From Chiloscyllium plagiosum (taxonomy: Eukaryota): a stretch of 64,000 nt of DNA. Of the stretch, positions 51,141 to 63,061 are shown in pieces. The stretch is from the NCBI RefSeq assembly GCF_004010195.1, contig NC_057719.1:65413634-65477633 (forward strand), written 5' to 3'. The notes under the pieces are model-generated. The model saw nothing but the letters and a program-made list of their open reading frames with translations. It searched no databases and had not been told where the DNA came from. Each line of letters begins with the position of its first letter. The first letter of the stretch is position 1. Both the position numbers and the translations under genes were made by a program.

Positions 51141-53629
51141 GTTTCAATTCTTTTTAATATTTCTTTTGAATTTCACACCTTCAGCACAAGTCTTAGGAAT
51201 ATCACCAGCGAAAAGGATGTGACACAATTCATAAGGAGTTTTAACTTTCAGATTGGTTAGTCTCAGTGAAGGTTCAAGTCCTTACATTTGCTATTTAGGT
51301 TTACACCAGCAAATGTATAACAGAGTCTCTTTAATAACATTGATGATGTTTTATGTAGAAGTTTGGAAGCTTTCAAAGGGTCACCAACAAGATTGGAAGC
51401 CAATAGAGAATAATGATACCATATTGGAAGAGGAAGACACTCCCACCCATTTCAGAGACAACATGCAGCAAAGCGTAAGAGACAAGACAAATAGAAGGAC
51501 CATGATCACGGGAGGAATTACACAATTGGTAACAGATGCCGAGATGAGAACCTGCTTCCTGCCATTGCCAGTGGCCAGACAACATCAATTGCAATAAAAG
51601 TTGCAACAACACTTGCTCCTTTCATGATGTTATCCAAGAAATATCAAGGGTTTCTCAATCAGTTCCACATAAGTATATAAGGTAAATAATTGATGGATTA
51701 TTTCATCCAGAGCTGCCACTTGCTTCATGGCACCTTGACAACCCAATGTTTCTTTTCCCTTCACAATCTTGCCAGCCTTTCTGTAGTTACTAATGGGGTG
51801 GGAATATTCTCAACATTATTTCAAAGTATTCCCACCCTATTAAAGCATAATAATGTCAATGTAAATTGGATCTCCACATGTCTTCATCACACTGCAGTAG
51901 TGTCACAATGTTTTCCTTCAATGATGCCTTGATTGAGGAGGAACCTTCATTGAGGAGACAGCAAACAAGCCATCCCTTCCATCATGAATTGTGATATTAT
52001 TGCTGGGAACTTTCAATGTCTGTTCCTAGCCATTGTCAAGCATAAAGCAACAAAGCAATCTAGATGACACTTTGAATTCAATTACGCTTAGTAAAGTGTA
52101 CTGTTGTATGTCAATAACACCTTTAAACCAACTTACAAAAAGGTCTACAGAGCAGTGGGTAGTATCCCTGCCTCTGAGCCAGATACTTAGGATTTGAGTG
52201 CCACCACAGGATCTGATGGCATGAAAGGTGAGTTCATAATGTGGTCGAACAGATTGAGTATCAATCTGCAAATATTCCCAACACAATCAATAACAGCAGG
52301 AGACATTCCTGGTCAGTCATGTAATGAAAGGAACATTGGTCATTATTCAAAACTCCAGACTATGTGCTGCAGCAATTCAGACTCTTTGGGTGAGCTGGAA
52401 CAGTCTCGTGAGTTTATGTTTTGATAATTAATACGCATAAAGAAAATTAATCATCAGCAGGCTGTCTATCTCCTTATTGTTAATACCTACGATTACCATG
52501 GCTCAGTCTTGAGTGATTGAAATTAGCGTATTATCTTCCCCAGCAGTAAACTAACCATTATGCGCATAATTTCTTTTAATGATTAGATGAAAATGAGTGC
52601 ATGCTTTTCTTCACTTCTGTTTTTATAACAGCAAGGCAATGAAATTGGTGAGCTCAAGGTTTTCTTAATCAACAGTTCAATCTAATGTAAATCTTACTTG
52701 ACACATTCCTGAAATAGGTGTGCAATTAGGAGAAAAGTAAACTTGCTGTGAAACTTTACAATATTGGCAACACATCTAAGTGAGGTTTCTGAGGGCTCTA
52801 TTGCTTTGTGTAATGTCATAATTTAAATCGGGACTGAAATTAAGAACAAATAAGTTCTTTGCCAAATTCCATTTCAGACTTTCATCTGTTATTGATGGTG
52901 GGAGGATTCATATTCTGACCACCTTTCTTTGTCTTAGGCTTGTGTTTACTGCGATTTTGCTTAACTTTGCACAACCTTTGCAGTACAAAAATAGAGGCTG
53001 TGAGCATTTTACTGATGATTAAAAGTGGATTAGTTACGCTTTTCTGCCACTCAAGGAAGTTGAGGCTGTAGATTTAAACAAAAATAGCATTTTAGCCCTC
53101 TGCTGTCTCCACTGGGACAAATATTTCTTTGTAGCTGTGTTACCTCCCTGAATAAATGCTCGTAAATCCTTTGCATTCCAGCGAGTGCTGACACAAGTTA
53201 CTTCTGAAGGTTACCTACCTTGAAACCATTTAACCATGTCCAGACAGATGATGTCATCTCCTCTGGTCTATTTTGTTTCAATGATGGGCTTAGGTGATAC
53301 TGGCCAGCAGCTGGGATTGCCATATATGGTTTCTGCCACTGATTCACGCAAATCATATCAATTCAAAGGGGAATGGAATGTATGGAATCAAAATTGCACA
53401 GGTCTCAGAAGGTCTCATTTTCTTAATGGCCATGCCTTGGAATTTCCTGTTGATCCAGCAGGGATCATGTCACAGCAATAATGTTTCACTCTCATTTCCC
53501 ATCTGCTTTGTCTATCTTTTATTCATCACAAAGGTATCTTTATCTTTCTCTCTAGTTTGTTTCTTTTTTTAATTCATGCCAGCAATTCAGGATGAGTTAA
53601 TGCTGCCCATCCCCATTCCAACAAAGTTT

Positions 53630-53900
53630 TTCAGGGACGGTGCTGTCCTTTCAGAATACTGAGTGAAGTTAGCCACATGATGGTAGGAAGGATGCACAAG
53701 AGGCTGAAGTATAAAAGCACAAAATTTCTTGGAGAGTCTGACGGGAGGAAGTCACAGAGATAGGAAGGGACAAGAACCCGGGGTGATTGAAATTTAAAGC
53801 ATCCCTGATTCTCATTGTCAATGTTCAAAACATGCATCCCTTTACACTTGTGCTATTCTTGGATCTTGATCAATAAACCATCTCCAAGGTCTCAGCAAAT
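53630..53900 (-). mobile_element. L2-type LINE fragment
   Basis: Similar to the L2 pieces at 8100-8400 and 57280-57640. Confidence 0.45.
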
Positions 53901-54016
53901 ATCACCTCAATTCCACAATACTTTTCAAATAAACAGTGAAAGCACAAGTGTTGTTTGGTTATGTGTTGGTAACTCATTATTTCAGCTTAGCTTAAACAGG
54001 ACTGATAGAATAATAA

Positions 54017-54145
54017 GGAGAATGTGAGGACTGCAGATGCTGGAGATCAGAGTTGGGAGTGTGATGCTGGAAAAGTACAGCAGGTCAGGCAGCATCCGAG
54101 GAGCAGGAGAATACACGTTTCAGGCATAAACCCTTCATCAGGAAT
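54017..54145 (-). mobile_element. Penelope-derived terminal repeat (family A) with hammerhead motif
   Basis: Minus strand ATTC-CTGATGA-A-GGGT-TTAT-GCCT-GAAA-CGTG; core at 54135-54141. Confidence 0.85.
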
Positions 54146-54629
54146 ATTAAATCACACATTGACAAGTGACAAGGTGTTGTGTGTCACCTGAATTACAAAC
54201 TCTTTTAATGAAAGATAGATGGAGAGACTGTTAAAGCTACGCTTAAAATTTGAAGCAGGAGTGAATTGGGTAATATTGTATTGAACTGAAAGCAAAAGCC
54301 CCGACTCTAACATCACTCTTTTTATTGGGGGCAGGGTGATCCATGAGAACTAGAACATTTTCCTTCAGTATAATAACGGTGAACTATGAATATCTTATTT
54401 TCTGTTGTTGAAATTACAGTCGTACAGATAAAGTTGAGAGTGTGGTATACGATTTATAGAGGATGTGGGATTTTGGTTTTCCTGTCTAACTACAGACAGT
54501 TTAAAAAAAGCTCCGAGCAGGGTCAAGGGTCAATGTCATTAAAATAATCTACTGGAGATTGTCACTTGGAATTACCTTGTTCCATTCAGGAAGTTTGTCA
54601 CAAAAATTTAAAAACGTTTCTCGCCTTCC

Positions 54630-55210
54630 TAATAGAGGTTTATGACATCATGAGGGATATGGTTAGGACACATAGACAAGATCTTTTCCCTGGGGTGGGG
54701 GAGTCCAGAACCAGAGAGGATAGGTTTAAGGTTTGCTCTGAGAACGTGTCTCATTTCAGATTGTGGTACCACTGATGGGCCCTCTTTCAGATTTCCTGCT
54801 AGGCCCATTTTTGTTTCACCTGCTACCTGATTCACTGAGACTCATTTGACAGCACCTACCAAACCCAATATCTCACACAGCTAGCAAAACAAGGGCAGAA
54901 ACACCACTATCTGCAGGTTCCCTTCCAAGCATCTAGGGTGAGACAGGAAAAATTTAAAAGGGACCCAAGAGGCAACCTTTTCACACAGAGGATGATGTGT
55001 GTAGGGAATGAGCTGCCAGAGGAGGTGGTGGAAGCTGGTACAATTACAACATTTAAAAGGCATCTGGATGGGTATATGAGTAGGAAGGGTTTAGAGCGAT
55101 ATGGACCGAGTGCTGGCAAATGGGACTAGATCAGGTTAGGATATCTGGTCAATATGGACGAGTTGGACCAAAGGGTCTGTTTCCGTGCTGTGTTTCTCTA
55201 TGACTCTCTG
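54630..55210 (+). mobile_element. CR1 3' end interrupted by a 200-bp insert
   Basis: EVYDIMRDM..DLFPGVGESRTREDRFKV resumes at about 54935 as RQEKFKRDPRGNLFTQR; tail near 55205. Confidence 0.9.
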
Positions 55211-56204
55211 AATTTATAACTGAAAAAGCAAAATTGTTTCTTTCCTCCCAACCGGATTTGAAACAAAGCACAAAATTATGTTATTGCACTAATCTAAATT
55301 TGTGATGATTCTATTGGTATATTAATCAAAATAATCCTGGAGTACAACCCAGGTGGTTCTACGTATATATCCAAAGTGCTACAGCACTCATCACCTCACT
55401 ATAATCAGAGGACCAAAGCACTATAATGATCCAGCCAACAGGGGATCAGAAAATTTACACTTAATGTAAACTTCCAATAGTTGCGTCTAAGTGTGTGATT
55501 ACTTTGAACTGCCAGCACCACTGGCCCTTAAAAGTAACCATGTATCGACAACATGTAACTTTGGAAGCGCAAAATGTTTTATCAGCTCACCAAATGCAGG
55601 TTGTACTTTGCAATATTTTTATAAGGAAATTCCTTGAACTTGATTTCATATTTTTACATGTGAGGCATCCGAAAATACTTCAAACAGAACTTCTCTAAAT
55701 TGACAAAATAGTTGGTAAAATTATTCTGGTGCTGTTAGGAAGCTTAAACAGAGAAAAATAAGGCATGTAATAACTGAAACAATTCTTAAATCACAGTGAC
55801 TCCACTTTATTTCCTGAATTAGTGAATCAGCCTTACTTATGAAGAGGTTTATCAAAGCTCTCTCAGAACAGCCACTATCTATGGTGCCTTGTCAGCAACA
55901 ACAACTATCTTTGCTATAATAAAACAACCCAAGGTAATTTGCAGGGAATGGACCAATCAGAATTTGACACTATATGGAACTTCCCAACCCTGTACAATAT
56001 GGGCAGTGGGCAGTCAGTTGTTAAAATATGATGAAATCAGAAGAATGAGCTTTTTGATGGTGAGTAAAAGTCTGAATTTCCACCAAACATTTTAACAGCA
56101 AGATGAGAGTCTCACTAGTGAATGATGAGAGAAATCTTTGCATACATTAACATCTCATAAATACCCTGCCTTGCTTCAGTTAAAGGCAGTTTGCTATTTT
56201 ACCA

Positions 56205-56257
56205 AGTTAAAAATCACACAACATCAGGTTATAGTCCAACAAGTTTAATTGGATGCA
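56205..56257. mobile_element. 53-bp Penelope family B fragment with 14-bp TSD
   Basis: Matches the left arm of the 35480 element. ttgctattttacca at 56191-56204 and 56258-56271. Confidence 0.8.
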
Positions 56258-56489
56258 TTGCTATTTTACCAGGCAGTGGAAAGAATCAAGATGGACACAA
56301 TTCCTAGCAAAGACTTCAGAGCAGGTTGCTAATGATGCAAGTACATCACTTGTCCATCCAAACCTCCATCTTGGATAGCACTCCCCAATATCTCAGGTTT
56401 GAAACCACGGACAGCAACTGCTTCCATCCTTCATCCACGGAGGATGACATCAGAAACATACTAGCCTCAACATGTTATCATGGCGCATC

Positions 56490-56925
56490 TCTGATTCATT
56501 GTAAAGTTCTCCATTTCAGTGCTGCACTTTGAGTGTCCTGATCACCAGGATTGTAATGTTGCTGCCAGGTCACTTTGCAAGCAGGCGCAAGCACATAGCC
56601 TCATTTCAAGCCCTTAGAAGTGTGACTGCTGGGATATAAGGGCTACCGTCAGTGATTACAGCTGATGACTCCAATATGCAACCCCATGGCTGAAGTTGAG
56701 TACAGGTACAATCCAGACCATTCTTTCATCAGGACCATGGCGATAGATCTCCTGAAGATGAGGTCCCAGTGCTTATAGCAGTCAGGAAAGACCATGAAGT
56801 ACAGACCAGACAGGTTGTGCTGCATAATCCGTGCATGCAGTGCTCTGCACAATTGTAGCAGAAAAGGAAGAGATGTGATGGATACTGAAAAGCTTAGAGA
56901 GTGGCACCAGTCCTCTGAAGAAGGA
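56490..56925 (+). pseudogene. PIF/Harbinger (DDE_Tnp_4-like) transposase, C-terminal half, decayed
   Basis: From 56626: LLGYKGYRQ*LQLMTPICNPMAEVEYRYNPDH...LLKMRSQCL*QSGKTMKYRPDRLCCIIRACSALHN. This matches LGDxGYP..LMTP..YN..H..LKxRFxCL..ACxxLHN. Confidence 0.8.
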
Positions 56926-57279
56926 GATAAAGGCATTGCACACATTTGTTTCCCTCCAGATACATCAGTGAAGGGTTAATTCTGGCTGGTAGCATCGCAC
57001 CTGGTGCGCAGCTGGACTTTCGGTATGGCACCATTGGCATAACCACAGAAGATCAGGGCAGCAGCAAGTACTTCCATTGTGGGTGGGTGTAGCACAGCTC
57101 AGCACAGGAGGGGAACGGTATATCCACAGTTCAGTAAACAGTGGAGAATTGCTTGAGATCACTCTTAAAATTCTCAGGGAAAGTGTATGGAGAGAAATCT
57201 TCCATGAAACTTTCCAAAATTGACATTTAGCTATTTTTTGGCTAAATTCATCTCAATTTATGAAAGATGATATTAGGGC

Positions 57280-57640
57280 AGCTGACCAATACCTTAACCA
57301 AAGAGTTAAGTCTCAAGGAGTGTTTTAATTGAGGAGAGGAAAGGCAAAACATATGGAAAAGGATTTTCAGAGATTCAGGACTAAGGACCTGAAACAATAA
57401 CTACTCGTAATGAAGTGACTAAGAACTGGAAGAATGCAGAGTTTTGAAAAGTTTGTTGGGCTGGAGAAAGGTGGAAGGACAGGAAGGGGTGGGACACCTT
57501 CCATGGAATTGAAAACGAGGATGCAAATATTCGTGGGTCAAATTAAGAGTTAGGACATGGGCAGCTGAACGTCTGATAAATTCAAGTTTATAGAGGATGG
57601 GAAGCAAATACTGGAATAATAAAGTCAAGAGGTATTAATA
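57280..57640 (-). mobile_element. L2-type LINE 3' fragment
   Basis: ORF 57419-57628 contains LPILYKLEFIRRSAAHVLT (L2 KLQxIQNSAARILT-like). Confidence 0.6.
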
Positions 57641-58049
57641 GATTCATAGATTAATGATTAAATGGTAAGAATTGAGTGGAAATGATCATTCACACCTTGC
57701 AATGTTAGATTATGTATGGCATAGTAGATGTGGTGATTGAGCACGTATGGCATTGTGGTAGTGTCCCTACCTCTGGACCAGTACATCTGGGTTCAACTCC
57801 AAGCTACTCGAGAGGTGTGTTACATCTCTGAATGAGTTAATTAGGCAAAATATCTAGAAGTAGTTGAAGCAAATGCAAGAGTTTGTTTAGTCCAGTTGAT
57901 GTTTACATTATAACGATAACATTGAAATTAGCAGCTACTCATGGTTATTATTTCATTCTAGTTTGCCTTATGCTAAAATAGGGGCAATTAAAAGGATATA
58001 ATTCATTGGAGGGTTGCTGAGGAAATCTTTTCTTCAAGTTAAAGGAGTC

Positions 58050-58530
58050 AATCATAGAATCCCTACAGTATGGAAGCAGGCCACATGTTCTATACTAGTA
58101 GAAAGTGAGGACTGCAGATGCTGGAGATCAGAATCGAGAGTGGGGTGCTGGAAAAGCACAGCAGGTCATGCAGCAACCGAGGAGCAGGAGAATCAATGTA
58201 TCAACATTGCCTAACCTGCTGTGCCTTTCCAGCATCCCACTCTCGACACATGTTCTACACTGCCTCTCCAAAGAGGATTAAATCCAGCCCACTGTTCCAA
58301 CCGATCTCTATAACGCTGCATTTTCCATGGCTAATCCACCTAGTCTGCAAATCCCTAGGCACTATGGACACGTTAGCATGGTAAATTCACCGACCCTGCA
58401 CATCTTTGGACTGTGGGAGAGAACCCACACAGACACGGGAGAATATGCAAACACCACACAGGCAGTCACCTGAGGTGGAATTGAATCCTGGTGCTAAGAG
58501 GCAGAGGTGTTAACCACTGAGCCACGGTAC
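58050..58530 (-). mobile_element. HE1-type V-SINE interrupted by a Penelope foldback
   Basis: Head aaccactgagccac near 58520, V-domain catctttggactgtgggag, tail atcatagaatccctacagtatggaagcaggcc. Confidence 0.8.
58097..58246. mobile_element. Penelope-derived foldback mini-element (family A, hammerhead core deleted) with 15-bp TSD
   Basis: Inverted arms. TSD cacatgttctatact (58082-58096) / cacatgttctacact (58247-58261). Confidence 0.8.
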
Positions 58531-59004
58531 CAATGACCTTGAAGGGTATGAGTAATCGATTCTGGTCCCAAAGGCTGTATGTTGATAATTGTTGCAGTGA
58601 TATAAAATGTTCTGAAATGTACTTTTGCACTAGTTTGGGACACTATTTTAACAAAAATTTATAACTTTTTAAAAAAAGTATTTATTTTATGATTATGACC
58701 TTACGATATTAAATATTGAGTGCCTTATGTCTCTGCTTGTTGCCCCTTGAAACATACTGAATAAATGACTGACATATAAAGTATTCTACAGCATGAATTA
58801 ATAAAAGAAAACAAATGTGTAACTGTTTTGTTTTTGCACAAATTATTTAGTTATAAATAAATTCACTGCAGAACTAGCCGGCTGCATTTTAATGCATGTT
58901 ATTCCAAAATCATTCAATAAATGTTTCCTATGGAACCAACCCATAACATATGTGTAATAGCGTTAAAAGGTGGCCAGTAAGGATTGTAAAATATTGACTT
59001 ATTT

Positions 59005-59368
59005 TAATTCTTTCATGGGTTGTCGGTATCTCTGGCTAGGCCAGCAATTGGTGGCAACCCTTAATTGACCTTGAACTGAATGGCTTGTTCAGTTATCTCA
59101 GAGAGCAATTTCAGGTGAACCACATTGCTATGGGTCTGGGGTCACATGAGGTAAAGATGGTAGACTTGGCCTCCTAAAGGACATTAGTGAACTGCATGAG
59201 TCTTTATACCAATCAGCAATAGTTTAATGGCCACTCTTAGACTATCTTTTAATCCCAGGTTTATTAATTGAATTCTAATTTCACCTAGGATGTGATGGGG
59301 GGGATTGTAAACTCACCCTGAGTCTTGGGTTTACTAAGCCAGTGATATTGGCACAACACCACAGTCCC
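59005..59368 (-). mobile_element. SINE related to the tRNA-headed LINE, full length and diverged
   Basis: 59075-59368 resembles 15135-15428; 59005-59075 resembles the LINE tail near 11700. Confidence 0.7.
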
Positions 59369-61710
59369 TCTTCACTGTCCACTACACCTCCAATTTTGGT
59401 GTCATCTGCAAACTTACTAACTGTACCTCTTATGCTCGCATCCAAATCATTTATGTAAGTGACAAAAAGTAGAGGGCCCAGCACCGATCCTTGTGGCACT
59501 CTACTGGTCACAGGCCTCCAGTCTGAAAAACAACCCTCCATCACAGCCCTCTGTCTTCTACCTTTGAGCCAGTTCTGTATCCAAATGGCTAGTTCTCCCT
59601 GTATTCCCTGAGATCTAACCTTGCTAATCAGTCTCCCATGGGGAACCTTGTCGAACGCCTTACTAACGTCCATATAGATCACATCTACCACTCTGCCCTC
59701 ATCAACCCTCTTTGTTACTTCTTCAAAAAATTCAATCATGTTTGCAAGTCATGATTTCCCACGCACAAAGCCATGCTGACTATCCCTAATCAGTCCTTGC
59801 CTTTCCAAATACATATAAATCCTGTCCCTCAGAATTCCCTCCAACAACTAGCCCCCACCAACATCAGGCTCACCGGTCTATAGCTCCCTGGCTTGTCTTT
59901 ACCGCCCTCTTAAATAGTGGCACTACGTTAGCCAACTCCAGTCTTCTGTCATCTCACCTGTGACTATCAATGATACAAATGTGTCAGCAAGGGGCCCAGC
60001 AATCCCTTCTCTGGCTTCCCACAGAGTTCTAGGGTACACTTGATCAGATCCTGGGGATTTATCCACCTTTATGCATTCCAAGGCATCCAGCACTTCCTCC
60101 TCTGTAATATGGACATTTTGCAAAGTGGCGAGGCAACAGTGCTAACCACTGTGCCACCGTGCCGCCCAGATCAGATCCTGGGGATTTATCCACCTTTATG
60201 CATTCCAAGGCATCCAGCACTTCCTCCTCTGTAATATGGACATTTTGCAAAGTGTCACCATCTATTTCCCTACAGTCTATATCTTCCATATCCTTCTCCA
60301 TAGTAAATAATGATGCAAAATACTTATTTAGTACCTTCCCCATTTTCTGTGGCTCCACACAAAGGCCGCCTTGCTGATCTTTGAGAGGCCCTATTCTCCC
60401 CCTAGTTACCCTTTTGTCCTTGATGTATTTGTAAAAACCCTTTGGATTCTCCTTAATTCTATTTGCCAAAGCTATCTCATGTTCCCTTTTTGCCCTCCTG
60501 ATTTCCCTCTTAAGTATACTTCTACTGTCTTTATAATCTTCCAAGGATTCACTTGAACCTAACCTTACATATGCTTCCTTCGTTTTCTTAACCAAACCCT
60601 CAATTTCTTTCATCATCCAGCATTCCCTATACCTACCAGCCTTTCCTTTCACCCTAACAGGGATATACTTTTTCTGGATTCTCGCCATCTCATTTCTGAA
60701 GACTTCCCATTTTCCAGTCGTCCCTTTACCTGCGAACATCTGCCCCCTAAAGGCTTCCGAAAGTTCTTGCCTAATACCATCAGAATTTGCCTTTCTACAA
60801 TTTAGAACTTCAAATTTCAGATCTAGTCTATCCTTTTCCATCACTATTTTAAATCTAATAGAATTATGGTCGCTGGCCCCAAAGTGCTCCCCCACTGACA
60901 TCTCAGTCACCTGCCCTGCCTTATTTCCCAAGAGNNNNNNNNNNNNNNNNNNNNNNNNNNNNNNNNNNNNNNNNNNNNNNNNNNNNNNNNNNNNNNNNNN
61001 NNNNNNNNNNNNNNNNNNNNNNNNNNNNNNNNNNNNNNNNNNNNNNNNNNNNNNNNNNNNNNNNNNNNNNNNNNNNNNNNNNNNNNNNNNNNNNNNNNNN
61101 NNNNNNNNNNNNNNNNNNNNNNNNNNNNNNNNNNNNNNNNNNNNNNNNNNNNNNNNNNNNNNNNNNNNNNNNNNNNNNNNNNNNNNNNNNNNNNNNNNNN
61201 NNNNNNNNNNNNNNNNNNNNNNNNNNNNNNNNNNNNNNNNNNNNNNNNNNNNNNNNNNNNNNNNNNNNNNNNNNNNNNNNNNNNNNNNNNNNNNNNNNNN
61301 NNNNNNNNNNNNNNNNNNNNNNNNNNNNNNNNNNNNNNNNNNNNNNNNNNNNNNNNNNNNNNNNNNNNNNNNNNNNNNNNNNNTCCCTGCCAGTATATTA
61401 GTCCCCTTCCAATTTAGGTGCAATCCGTCCATCTTGTACAGGTCACTTCTACCCCAAAAGAGATTCCAATGATTCAAAAATGTGTATCCTTCTCCCATAC
61501 ACCAGCTCCTCAGCCATGCATTCACCTGCTCTATCCTCCTATTCCTGCCCTCCCTCGCTCGTAGCTCCAGGAGTAATCCAGATATTGCTACTCTCAAGGA
61601 CCTCCTTTTTCAATTCCTGCCTAACTCTAAGTATTTTTCCTTCAGAATCTCAAGCTTTTCTCTTCCTATGACATTGGTTCCAATGTGGACAATGACGGTC
61701 TTGCTGGCCT
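59369..61710 (-). mobile_element. CR1 LINE with ORF1 SGNH-esterase domain and ORF2 up to FADD
   Basis: VIVHIGTN and LYKMDGLHLNWKGT (CR1 ORF1 esterase, 61384-61700); [31 protein letters not shown] and FADDTK in ORF2. Confidence 0.95.
60935..61383. other. Assembly gap (N run)
   Basis: Directly visible. Confidence 1.
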
Positions 61711-62824
61711 CTTTCCCCATGAGCGAAATCTGTTATTGATGAAAGGTAGCACCAGCTCAGTCAAAAATCTGTAAACTGTGCATTGATCAACAATCATATT
61801 TAAATAAATGCAAAATAATAGAGCTTTTTGGCAAAGTCACACTTTTTAAATGGTTACATGCACAAACCCCTGTTTTTCTTCTTTGTGTGTGAACATGAGG
61901 GTAATTGCATTCATCGTTTGGCATGTTTCAGAAAACCTGCAGAATTTATGACTGACTAACCTTTCAGTGTCACATGTTTCATTAGATCAACGTTTTAATG
62001 ATTAGATTGAAGTTGAGCATTAAAGGAATCTGCAATTATATAGTAATACAAAAGAACAGCTCCCAGAGGAAATCTTGCATTTGTTGAGAGATTATTTTTG
62101 TCATAAAAGTATGCTGTTGCTTTGTCTGTAACTTAGGTGGAACAGAAAGATTTCTCAATGTTACTGAGCTGTTTTACATAGCATACTTTGCATGCGTCAT
62201 AAACTTGCAGATTTGAATTCAATTCTGACTTTACTTACAGGAACAAGATGAAGTAAAAGAAGGTCTATTGAAGTTTCTTGCCAAAGGATTACAATTAGGA
62301 ATTCTTTTGTCTATTTTTACATACAAAAGACAACATTTCAGTGGCAAGCTTAATTTGGAAATTATTTTGATGTCTTTTAGCCAAACATTTCCCAATCATT
62401 GCCTTGGGTGGAGCATAAATCTTCATATTAATTCAATAAAAATGTGAATTATGTCCAGATTTTCTCAGTTTCCACTCAAATTTGCACCACCGGGAAATGT
62501 TTCCCTCAACTTGACAATTTCTCATGGTCACCAAGGCAGGAAAGTCAATGTTGTAGGAATTAATCTCTTATAGCAGCCATTATGAAGCCCCTTCTGATGT
62601 CTGCTACTCATTCTCGATCCTAGAAATAGGATCATTAGGTATACTAGTACTGCAGTTGTCTATCCCAAAGCTGACATCCCTGTGCTCTTTGTGAGACTGC
62701 TAACTTGATACCAATTAGAGCTCGATTATGGTAATATGGCTCATGTCAAAAAGGATGAGAGCTGTTATAACATTTATTGTTCTTCAGAGATTACATTGAG
62801 AAATAATGTTTTGAAATTAAAGCC

Positions 62825-63035
62825 AGAAAGTGATGGAGAAACTCAGCAAGTCAGGCAGCATCTATGGAAAGTGAAACAGAGTTAACATTTTGAGCCATAC
62901 CAGAATTGAAACTTTAAGTCTGCTTCTTTCTCCACAGTTGCACCTAGACCGGCTGAGCTTTGCTAGACCTTTGGTGGAGAAGCTCAGAAGGTCTGGCAGC
63001 ATCTGTGACAGCAGTCGATGTTTCAGGTCCAAAAC
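62825..63035. mobile_element. Older Penelope terminal repeats (family C), minus/plus/minus arrangement
   Basis: aactcagcaagtcaggcagcatctatgga...gagttaacattt, then ttctccacag..ctgagc, then ctcagaaggtctggcagcatctgtg. Confidence 0.55.
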
Positions 63036-63061
63036 AATTGCCCTTGCTTATTAAGCCTCTG

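Noticed and set aside
51253..51597. 114-aa ORF
   Set aside because: No recognisable homology; cannot be supported from the sequence alone.
53236..53481. 81-aa ORF as a real gene
   Set aside because: No recognisable domain or splice context, and the length is expected by chance.
60059..61597. 512-aa ORF
   Set aside because: Artefact: CR1 ORF1 and ORF2 are joined across the N gap, and the end is scrambled by the 86-bp duplication.
1383..63035. Recurrent short repeats as a CRISPR array or other prokaryotic system
   Set aside because: Copies are dispersed, in both orientations and TSD-flanked, in vertebrate DNA; there are no spacers or cas genes.
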